Part shown: piece by piece, positions 1 to 9,818 of the stretch
Position numbering within the stretch: position 1 is the stretch's first letter
Layout of the letters: each line of letters starts with the position of its first letter
Origin: Octopus vulgaris
Lineage: Eukaryota
Assembly (NCBI GenBank): GCA_951406725.2
Contig: OX597816.1
Span: 111,476,001 to 111,540,000, forward strand
DNA length: 64,000 nt
Reading direction: 5' to 3'
Position numbers and translations under genes: made by a program
The notes under the pieces: model-generated
Told to the model about the DNA's origin: nothing
Seen by the model: only the letters and a program-made list of their open reading frames with translations
The model's database searches: none

Positions 1-559
1 CAGTGAACAGGTAGCAATCTCAAAGCAACGAAAATATTTTGACAAATTAAATTTAAATGTTGAAGTGAATCTAACGGTTTTTGTGTATTTCTTAAATGGC
101 TTATAAACACTTTCCATGCTGCAATAGTATTTTATTTGACTTATAAAAACGTTTAATATACTTTATAGTACATTGTGGTTCCATAACGAAATACCACATC
201 CCTACAAATCATTAATATCAACACACTTCAGCTTCTAGTCTACATATGCATAATAACCTTATTTTACTTATTCTAGGTCTGATTAAAAACTACTTGACTT
301 GCACACACACACCCCACACCCCACTGCTACTTCAAAACTGTCTAGTTATGCACATATTTCACTAAAACCTACATAATACATCAGAATATATAAGTAATTA
401 CTCTTTTCTTATCTTGTAAATTGTATATCAACACCATAATTCAATGCCCAGCACTAACCACTATACCATTCTTATCTTTACAGACCATTTGGTTAGTCCA
501 CATTACTCTATAAGTAGCATAGGGCAGATTTCTCAGTTTCTCGGTAGATATATTCATGC

Positions 560-732
560 CAGGATGGAATGCCAGTCTGCCACAGGATTACTCATTTTTA
601 TCAGCTGAGTTTACTAGAAGAAAATGAAATGAAGTGTATCGCTCAAAAACACAATGCATTGCCCAGTCCAGGTATTGAAACTACAATCTTATTGTCATGA
701 GTCCAACACCCTAACCATAAGCCATGCACCTC
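560..732 (-). mobile_element. Degenerate tRNA-derived SINE (same family as 20606-20910)
   Basis: Reverse complement matches the head of the 20606 copy (ggttagggtgttggactcatgacaataagattgtagtttcaatacctggactgggcaatgcattgtgtttttgagc), with A/B-box-like segments. Confidence 0.6.
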
Positions 733-1008
733 TACTTACAGATCATTATTCCCTGGGAGTTCTCATCCTGCCAACTTCTTAGTTGCAGCTACTGATTCAC
801 AGATGTTTAAATTAACCACCAACATTATCACTCTCATCATTCTTGGAAAGCTTATAAAGTTATAGTCAGAGGATTTTTTCCTTTAAGTAAACCTGAACTA
901 AAATTGGCTGCATGCTTAAGAATTTGACTTTGCAACTACTTAATTTCAAATTCAATTTACTGTACTATACCCTGGGCAGCTGTCATCTCAACCTGAGACT
1001 GATCATTA

Positions 1009-1322
1009 GGGTGGAGTGAAAACAAAAAATTGTAAAATTGAAGATGCCTGAGGGCTAAAATGTAGCTATATTTGATTACTAGAAAGACACCAAATTTTCG
1101 TTGAGATCAAGCAATGGCATTTACTCCCTCAAGCTCCCTAAACTCCGAAAATGGGTGGGGTTTGTAAATTTTTTACAATAGTGGAGTTTGGAGGGGTCTG
1201 AGGAAGTAAATGATCTTGACTGATCTAAGCAAAAATTTAGCATTTTTCTAGTAATAATATATAGCAAGAGTTTAGGCCTCAGGCATTTTCAATTTTCACA
1301 ATTATATATTTTCATTCCACCC
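1009..1322. mobile_element. Foldback MITE, copy 1 (TA-flanked)
   Basis: TA|GGGTGGAGTGAAAA...TTTTCATTCCACCC|TA with long imperfect inverted arms. Confidence 0.8.
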
Positions 1323-1363
1323 TAATACATGTGTGTGTGGGGGTATATAGATTGTGCAATGTA

Positions 1364-1677
1364 GGGTGGAGTGAAAATTTATAAATTGTAGAAATTGAAA
1401 ATGCCTGAGGCCTAAAATCTTACTATGTATGATTACTAGAAAAATGCAAAATTTTTGCTTAGATCAGTCAAGAGTATTTACTCCCTCAAACCCCACAAAT
1501 TCCACTCTTGTAAAAAGTTTACAAAAATGCTCCGTTTTCAGAATTTAGTGGGGCTTGAGGGAATAAATGCCTTCAATTGATCTCAACGAAAAGTTAGCAT
1601 TTTTCTAGTAATTAAATATAAAAATATTTTAGTTCTCAGGCATTTTCAATTTTACAATTTAAAAAATGTTTCACTCC
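1364..1677. mobile_element. Foldback MITE, copy 2, inverted relative to copy 1
   Basis: Starts TA|GGGTGGAGTGAAAA. Interior is the reverse complement of copy 1. Right end is truncated at tttcactcc. Confidence 0.8.
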
Positions 1678-1729
1678 GATCATTGGCTTATCTGTAGTTG
1701 GTAAAAGAAAACTGGTCAAACGTTCATAG

Positions 1730-1764
<35 letters not shown>

Positions 1765-1776
1765 GTACATATATAT

Positions 1777-1823
<47 letters not shown>

Positions 1824-2504
1824 CATACATATGATAATTGTACATATGTATGCATGCGTTTTTTATTCCACCAGTTTATATTCCACTCAGTTGACGATTC
1901 ATATATTGTGGATACTTGGTGGCACACCAGTGCTAGTGCCATCTTTTAAGATGTTGGCATTAGAAAGGACATCTAACTGTAGACATAGAACCTGGCAGAG
2001 TCCTCCGGCTCATCTGCTCTTGTCAAATTGCCCAACCTATGCCAGAATGGAAAAAAAGACATTAAATGATGATGATGATGATGATGAGGATATGTTCTAA
2101 GCTCATACTCAGCTCCATGTGACTTAGAGTTTTGCTTGTTCATAGGACACATCCATCTCATCACATGTTCAGAGGAAGTGTGGAAGGTTGAAAGAAGTTC
2201 AAGGTTGCTTCTAGGTGTTTAGGCCACTATTAGTCAGCTAAGATTATATGGCATTAATGCAATGAAAGCTACTCCAGTTTAGATAACATTGCTTCAAACA
2301 AAGCATGCTACAATAAGTCCAAAAGCACACACATACACACACACACACACATATATATACACAGACACACACAACACACACACATATATATATACACACA
2401 CTTACACACACACACATAAATATATGCATGCATACAAAGATATACATACATACACATATATATGCTCATATATATGTATGTATGTATGTTTGTATGCATT
2501 TTTT

Positions 2505-2709
2505 AATTTCTTTTAGTCACTTGACTGCAGCCATGCTGGAGCAGCGTCTTTAGTCAAAAAAATTGACCCTAAGACTTATTCTTTGTAAGCCTAGTACTTA
2601 TTCTATCTTGCTGAACTGCTAAGTTATGGGGGACATAGACACACAAACAACAGTTATCAAGAAATGGTGGCAGGAACAAACACAGACACACAAACATATA
2701 CATATATAC

Positions 2710-2750
<41 letters not shown>
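2505..2750 (-). mobile_element. 3' part of octopus-type SINE with internal microsatellite
   Basis: Reverse complement of the tail seen at 30830-31030 and 41790-42000 (...gatagaataagtactaggcttacaaagaataagtc...gctccagcatggctgcagtcaagtgact). Confidence 0.75.
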
Positions 2751-2753
<3 letters not shown>

Positions 2754-2873
2754 TGTGTGTGTGTGTTATATATATATATATATATATATTATATATGTAT
2801 ATGTTTGTGTGTCTGTGTTTGTTCCCGCCACCATTTCTTGATAACTGATGTTTGTGTGTCTATGTCCCCATAA

Positions 2874-3091
2874 GAAGGCGGCGAGCTGGTAGAAACGTTA
2901 GCACGCCGGGCGAAATCGTAGCCGTATTTCGTCTGTCGTTGCGTTCCGAGTTCAAATTCCGCCGAGGTCGACTTTGACTTTCATCCTTTCGGGGTCGATA
3001 AATTAAGTACCAGTTACGCACTAGGGTCGATGTAATCGACTTAATCTCTTTGTCTGTCCCCTCTGTGTTTAGCCCCTTGTGGGTAGTAAAG

Positions 3092-3095
<4 letters not shown>
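2874..3095 (+). mobile_element. Young full-length tRNA-derived SINE
   Basis: gaaggcggcgagctggtagaaacgttagcacgccgggcg...gagttcaaattccgcc (B-box)...tttcatcctttcggggtcgataaattaagtaccag...gggtagtaaagaaa. CpG-rich. Another copy lies at 43227-43457. Confidence 0.85.
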
Positions 3096-3155
<60 letters not shown>

Positions 3156-3160
<5 letters not shown>

Positions 3161-3379
3161 GTAATATATGTGACAATTATTCGGTTGCCATAACAAGACT
3201 CTGAGTTTTGGATGTCGGAGCAGAAACCTCTGGCATCTTGTCAGTTATAGAACCAATCAAAAAGTGCATTTTCGATTGCCTCTATAACTGTCCAGATGCC
3301 AGAGGTTTCCACCCCAAAATCCAAAAGTCGGAGTCTTATCATGGCAACCAAATAATTGTCACATATTATATTACAGATA
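3156..3379. mobile_element. Palindromic (foldback) element in (TA)n
   Basis: tctgtaata-tatgtgacaattattcggttgccat...gaaacctctggcatct pairs with agatgccagaggtttc...atggcaaccaaataattgtcacata-ttatattacaga. Centre near 3265. Confidence 0.8.
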
Positions 3380-3654
3380 AATTCTTCTATTTACATAATA
3401 TCGAGGTCTCATTCATTCTTTTTTTGTCTTACCAATACTATTAATATATATATATATATATATATATAATAATAAATATTAGGGAATAAATCCAAATTTA
3501 CAGGGAAAATCAGATTTAGGATTGAATCCAATTTTATAGTAAAATATTATATAATATTAATTAGAGACAAAACCACTATTTTGCAAATCAAACAAAGAAA
3601 GACTTAATCCAATACATAAAAAAATTTTAATATAAATTAAATAAAATTATATTC

Positions 3655-3700
3655 GCACTACAATTGTTTCATGTCTCTTCTCAGGACATTCATCAGGTGG
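3655..3700 (-). ncRNA. Minimal type I hammerhead ribozyme (minus-strand copy)
   Basis: Reverse complement reads cCAC CTGATGA ATGTC ctgagaaga GACAT GAAA CAATTG TA GTGc. Stem I is reduced to 3 bp. Confidence 0.75.
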
Positions 3701-3800
3701 ATTTCAGATCTAAAAATAAATTGATAAATTTATATTATTTATAGTTTTAGTCATTTTAAATTTATATCTTAAAAATATTGATTATTTTTAGATCTGAAAT

Positions 3801-3846
3801 CCACCTGATGAATGTCCTGAGAAGAGACATGAAACAATTGTAGTGG
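3801..3846 (+). ncRNA. Minimal type I hammerhead ribozyme
   Basis: CCAC-CTGATGA-ATGTC-ctgagaaga-GACAT-GAAA-CAATTG-TA-GTGG. Stem I CCAC/GTGG, stem II ATGTC/GACAT, palindromic stem III, GUA triplet (cleavage after 3842). Confidence 0.85.
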
Positions 3847-4025
3847 CAAATATAATTTTATTTAATTTATATTAAAATTTTTATGTATTGGATTAAGTCT
3901 TTCTTTGTTTGATTTGCAAAATAGTGGTTTTGTCTCTAATTAATATTATATATATATATATATATATACACAAATAAATGAAAGAATGGAGTTGAACGAC
4001 GAATTAACAAAATTCCTTTATTTTA

Positions 4026-4106
4026 TTTTCGACATATGTTTTGAAGACTATATTCCTAATTTCGAAGGAATAAGGGGTGCATTATGCCGCCTTCTCCTCA
4101 GGAAAA
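4026..4106 (-). ncRNA. Hammerhead ribozyme copy with core mutation (probably inactive)
   Basis: Reverse complement reads TTTTC CTGAGGA GAAGGC...GTCTTC AAAA CATATG TC GAAAA. The GAAA core has become AAAA. Confidence 0.65.
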
Positions 4107-4230
4107 GTAAGGAACTTATGTCAGCATCAAGATGCACAAAAACAATCGGAAACCAACACCAATTCTCCAACACAGAAATACTCCCTTTAATGTAAATGGT
4201 AACACTCTGAACTATTCTAAGTAAAAAAAA

Positions 4231-5212
4231 AACTATATCTAGTTTGTCATTCCTTTCGGGAAACAAATCACGTCTAACCCCCCTTTACAGTTCCGTGAAG
4301 CCGTAGCCAGAAACTTTCCCAGAAATTCTAGGTATTACTCTACTATTATCTCGCATAAGGTAAAGATTGCATTCTCCAATACTAGAAATCTATCGCAGAT
4401 CATTGCCTTCCATAATAACAAGCTGCTAAATAAGGACTCATCACCGGGGAGTAGCGACACTGCCCTTACCAATTCCAACCAAACATACAATAATAATAAT
4501 AATAGAAATAGTATTGATAATAGCAACATTCATAGCAGTGTTGGCATTAACAATAGTAATATTAATAACAATATTAGTCGGATTATTAACAGTGGTAGTG
4601 TTAGTGGTAATAACGACAGCATTTATAATAACAGTGATAGTATTGATGATAACAACCCCAGCATTCCTATAGTCAGGGAAATTACCGACGATAGTACAAT
4701 TAATAGTAATGATAATAATATGAATAGTATTGTGGTCAATGCTAGCAATAATATTAACACCAATCATAACAATAAAAACTCCGTCTTAGTCTCGGACGTA
4801 AAACCCTAACAGATTAAAATTCTTATCCAGCAATTCCAAAATTAGAAATTCCATTTGCCAGTGCAAAATTTCTTCCGGTACCGATGTCTTCTTCTACATA
4901 GGGGCAACTACTTCCAAATTAGCTCACAGGATCTCCAACCATTATTCAACTTTCCGAGATAAGAGAAAACAACACAGCACAGGACTAAGTAAAATAGTTT
5001 GGCGTCTTAAGGACAGTAATACAACTTACAAGCTGGAATGGTCCATATTGTCTATATCCTTTCCGTTTGATAAAGGCAGAAAATTTTGTGGCGTCTGTAA
5101 TTCCGAACTTTTCCATATTTTATTCGCCAAAGTCCCTTTAATAAATACAATGGTCGAGAAATCCTATAGATGCATGCACTGGCAAAAACACACCTTTCAC
5201 TCATATGAATAA
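4231..5212 (+). pseudogene. Penelope-like ORF C-terminus: post-RT region, Asn-rich linker, GIY-YIG endonuclease
   Basis: Hand translation: NYI*FVIPFGKQITSNPP...NFPRNSRYYSTIISHKVKIAFSNTRNLSQIIAFHNNKLL, then an N-rich tract, a +1 shift at ~4801, then NSICQCKISSGTDVFFYIGATTSKLAHRISNHYSTFRDKRKQHSTGLSKIVWRLKDSNTTYKLEWSIL...FCGVCNSE...LIN...RCMHWQKH*. Confidence 0.85.
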
Positions 5213-5776
5213 TGATTAATATAGATAACCTCCTTGAATTTTAATAATATAGTCCCATTTATATATCACCCCCATAGTCAATTTTTGTACTCTTAAAGGA
5301 CTACTACCCAACCCATGGGGGTGTGTTTTTACCTTTGTCTCTCTAACTCGCCCTCCTCTCTCTCTCTTTCCCTCTCTCTATCGTAAGCACAATCAAACAC
5401 ACAGACACAAACCTGTCACTTCACAATTGTCTGTTTTTTGGCATCTACCCTTCCACACACACAATCACGCACACACATACACACACACATAGCCATTAAT
5501 GCAGTTATATACACACACATAGGCACTCATTCACAAAAGAAAACAACAATATCACCATTCATTTGACCTGCACCCTTTTACCTTCCTATTCTTAGGTCTC
5601 TCTCCTCCATCCTTGTTTGAACCCTTGAACCTTCTAGAATCTTCTACATTCAACCATTTTTGACGTCACTGTTTATAACGGAATATTTTAAAGAAACACT
5701 CATTATCACTATGGGCACCATGCGGGCAGTCATCTAAAAGTTTTTGTGCATCTTGATGCTGACATAAGTTCCTTAC

Positions 5777-5859
5777 TTTTCCTGATGAGAAGGCGACATA
5801 ATGCACCCTTTATTCCTTCGAAATTAGGAATATGCAGCCTTCGAAACATATGTCGAAAA
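5777..5859 (+). ncRNA. Type I hammerhead ribozyme with extended stem II loop
   Basis: TTTTC-CTGATGA-GAAGGC-[42 nt including TATTCCT/AGGAATA hairpin]-GCCTTC-GAAA-CATATG-TC-GAAAA. GUC triplet, cleavage after 5854. Confidence 0.85.
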
Positions 5860-6061
5860 TAAAATAAAGGAATTTTGTTAATTCGTCGTTCAACTCCATT
5901 CTTTAATTTATTTGTATTTAAAAAACACTCAAATTTCCACACGATAGCACGTGATCTCTGCCCTAGGCATGTAGCTTCAACCGTGTGTTTCTGACGTGAA
6001 TTTGCTACCCAGGTATCAGTTAACCAAATTATCCATAATAAGATAATCCATTCAACTACTC

Positions 6062-6099
<38 letters not shown>

Positions 6100-6103
<4 letters not shown>

Positions 6104-6345
6104 TGCCGGCGGCACATAAAAAAGCACCAACCAATCGTGGCCGATGCCAGACCCCTCTGGCACCTGTGCAGGTGGCATGTAAAAGCACCCACTACACTCA
6201 CGGAGTGGTTGGCGTTAGGAAGGGCATCCAACTGTAGAAACACTGCCAGATCAGACTGGAGCCTGGGGCAGCCCTGGCTCCCAGACCCGGTCGGTCCAAC
6301 CCGTGCTAGCACGGAAAACGGAGCGATGATGATGATGATGATGAA
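6100..6345 (+). mobile_element. 5'-truncated RTE LINE 3' UTR
   Basis: ggcatgtaaaagcacccactacactcacggagtggttggcgttaggaagggcatcc...(GAT)n tail. Same 3' end as the RTE coding fragment at 38283. Confidence 0.75.
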
Positions 6346-8601
6346 TGGACTTCTTTCAGTTTGTTTGGTCAGCTTGAGGCTATAGTAGAAGACACTTGCT
6401 CAAGGTGCCATGCAGGGGGACTGAATCCAGAACCATGTGGTTGGTTAGAAAGCTACTTATCTCACAGCCTATTGCATGTCTATATATGTGTATACACATG
6501 TGCTTGTGTTTACTTCTACAATTGTACAAAAGTGCAGCAGATGTTAGTTACTCCTATCCCCAAATCATCTGGGTTCTTTGTGCCTTTGAAGTAATGTGGA
6601 GTAAGTGACCCCTGAATAGAAAACCTAGCATGGATTAGTGCCTAGAAAGGCACCTGTTAATGATTCTGACATGCTTATCCAACCCATGCAAGCATCAGGA
6701 AATGGCTGTAAAACAAACAAATATTTATATGTGCAAGGAAACAAAAATACGAACACATCTATATGTGTATGCGTATATGAATGTGTATATGTGCATGAAA
6801 GTTTGAGTATGTGTTTGTGTTTATTTATCAACATTCATAAGCAATGTTGATTTGTTTATGCCTCTGTATCTTAGCAGTGCAACAAAATTAATTCAAATAG
6901 AAAAAGTATCAGAATTAAGGTAAATTACCAGGGCTGATTTCAGAAATGAAAATCCTTTAAGATAATATCCCAGTCTGGTTGCAGTCCAGTGACTGAAACC
7001 AATAAAAGAGATATAAAGTTGAATCATTAGCTAAAATGTTATCTTTTGTTCTCCAGAGAACTGAGAGAGAAAAAATCATCCTCAATGAGGTTTGAACTGC
7101 TAAATTGTGCACAGTAAACAAAATTGTTTATAGCATTTATCAATTCCAGCAATTTAATTACTGTTACATCAACTCAATAGCCAGCTTATTTACAAGTTTG
7201 TGAAATTAGAGCTAAATGATGTAGAATGTAATAGGCAATTAGAAATAGGATTTTAATAGCCCTTAAGCCCTTCAGTGAACTTCATTGATTATTAAATGTT
7301 ACAGTTTATAACATCTTAGAAAATATATTAAAATATGCTTAAGAAATAAGAGGTGAATCCGTACATGTTTAAAAAATATGCATTATAAATTATTTTAAAT
7401 GAAAGTATTTTAAACAAAATATATATATACAAATCATTATGAAGGTATTAATGTAAAGAAAGAAAAAACAATATTCTTTGTGTTTCTAGATGAAATTTGT
7501 ATCAATAAATTGTTAGATTAATGGGCAAATATTTCTGGGTTTATGTTCAGAAACATATGCAATGAACAGATTGGCTAATGTGCATATATGTGCAGTGCAT
7601 CTCACTGTCTGTCTCTGTCTGTTTCTCTCACTATAATACACACACACATATATGATTATACATATCCATATATAGAAATATACATATATATATATAGAAA
7701 TATACATATACATATACATATATACTATATATACATATACAAATGTACATATATTATATATATGCATACATATATGTGCATATATATTATGAATGTATAT
7801 ATGTATATATAAATGTATTCAAATAAATTTGTGTTTGAATATTTATATGTATGTGTGTATATGTATGTATATAAATGTACAATATATATGTATATTTATA
7901 TTTTATGTATATATACATACATACATGCATGCATTCATACATTTACACATACATAACCACACACACACATATAAAGAATATGCACAGGCACTTCTCTTTC
8001 TCTCACTTCATATATGTGTGCGTATGTAGCTATTACTCACTGGTTGTAATTGAATCTATCAAAACAACCTGATCAATCAATACATAGATAAAATATATTG
8101 TTTATAAAGATAAAAAGCGTTGATAAAAACATACAATATAATTGATATACGCAGATAAAATCTTGTATAAAGAAAGTATACAATGGTAAAATAAGAGATA
8201 CACATAAATAAATTTTTTAAAAATAATAATGCAACATGTTAGATGTAAAGAAACGATTTATATAATTCTGTAGAACTTTAAGTGGGTGTGAAAAAGTAAA
8301 ACTAAAATCTTGAACAAATGCAGCTTCTTCAAATTTTTATATACTTTCTATGTGCTATTCAAAATTCAGATAAGAATTATTTTTATGATCACATTAAACT
8401 ATTAGAATGAAATATATATATTTTTTATTATTATTTTTATTGTTGTATGATATTGCTTAACTCCTATTCAGTTGTGATAGGGCAGACCTGTGATCAAAAA
8501 TTGTTCTAGACATTGGAATTCTGTCTTTTCGTACATGCACAGATAGATATCACAGGAAGTGCTATCTACTGACAAATATGTAGTCATAGATGTGAACGAT
8601 A

Positions 8602-8860
8602 AGGCACAGACATAACTATGTGGTTAAGAAGTTTACTTCCTAACCATATGGTACCTTGTGAGTGGATTTGGTCGATGAAAACTGAAAGAAGCTCATTGTG
8701 TGTGTCTCGTTGTTTTGACATCATCTGATGGTTGTAAAATGATTGTCACTGTCATACAAGTAGTATCATTCATTTACAATAATCTGTGAAAACATGTCTG
8801 GTTATAAGGAAATATTACTTGCTTGGAAACAGATGAGAGTTGGTGACAGGAAGAGCTTAC
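8602..8860 (+). mobile_element. Old SINE (octopus-type tRNA head, RTE-like tail)
   Basis: Head resembles the 30487 family (gtggttaagaagtttacttcctaacca...gtgagtggatttggtcgatgaaaactgaaagaag). Ends in ggtgacaggaagagc. Confidence 0.55.
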
Positions 8861-9021
8861 TATTGGTCAAACAACTGCTGAATAGAGAGGCTCTCTCGAT
8901 TTCTTACAGCTGCAAGTTATTTTGCCTTAAAACATAAGATCAACATTTTCAGAGTGTGGAACAAACAGACAATTTCTTTAATGGTATATTTTGAGCATAT
9001 GCTAACTATATTACCTTCATA

Positions 9022-9818
9022 CGAGGTTCGTTCAAGAAGTATCCAACTTTATTTTTTCCATCCAAAAACTAATGCCACATGAGCAAAGTCCTTTGTGGAG
9101 GAAGAGACACCACCCTTCCTGGGCATGCAAGAAAATTTTTGCACATATAGGCCATGTCAGTTCCCGGCTAGTGTGTGCTTGTCAGATTTTCGTTTTCACA
9201 CCAGATGACAGAATGCATCAAGCAGAGAAAATAAACCCATGTCTCATCACAAGGGATGATGGTCTCTGTGAAGTCTGTGTTGTGGTTTGCCCAGTCCAGC
9301 ATGTTCAGAGTAATTTCCATGCAGAGTTGCTTCTGCTGCTCTGCCAGCACTATGGGGATGAATTTCACCAACACTATACACGTGTACAAATCCTCTGTTA
9401 AAATGGAATGCAGCGATCTTGTGCTTATTCCCACTTCATGAGCAATTTTCTGAATTGTTACATGATGGTCTTCCATAACTACCCACCAAATCTTCTCAAT
9501 CAGCTCATTTTGGTTAGTAAATCATCTGCCTGGGCATGCCTAGCTCTCCATTGGGGTGCGGTCATGGAATAGTCACCAAAGGCCTGCTGAATCTTCTGAA
9601 TGGTTTGAGCTGGAGTATCACCAAGCTTTTGGCAAAACATGGTACCATATTTCTGCTGTACTCTAAGCATAACCAGAAAGTGATGCAGCCTATCAGTACA
9701 AAAGTTTTTTTGGACATGCACAGAAAGGGTGGCATCATCTCCCATCCAAAGAATTGGGCCACACAGCATTAATTTTGGTGGAAAAGAATAAAGTCAGATA
9801 CTTTTTGAACATACCACA
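9022..9818 (-). mobile_element. Internally deleted mariner DNA transposon
   Basis: TA-flanked TIRs (cgaggttcgttcaagaagtatccaacttttatt / aataaagtcagatactttttgaacataccaca). Peptides QQKYGTMFCQKLGDTPAQTIQKIQQAFGD and TIQKIAHEVGIS...KFIP...IIPCDETWVY. Confidence 0.85.

Larger units (their letters stand above)
3472..3952 (-). mobile_element. Non-coding Penelope-like mini element: pseudo-LTR plus partial inverted pseudo-LTR
   Basis: Inverted arms ~3548-3719 and ~3782-3952, each with a hammerhead motif. Terminal motif ccaaatttacagggaaaa is shared with the PLE-derived copies at 23820, 26843 and 34605. Flanked by (TA)n. Confidence 0.75.
3970..6065 (+). mobile_element. 5'-truncated Penelope-like retroelement with inverted 5' pseudo-LTR
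   Basis: 3970-4143 is the reverse complement of ~5740-5915. Contains a PLE C-terminal ORF with a GIY-YIG domain and hammerhead motifs in the pLTRs. Bounded by (TA)n. Confidence 0.85.

Noticed and set aside
2874-2965. tRNA gene
   Set aside because: The tRNA-like A/B boxes belong to SINE heads. No complete cloverleaf.
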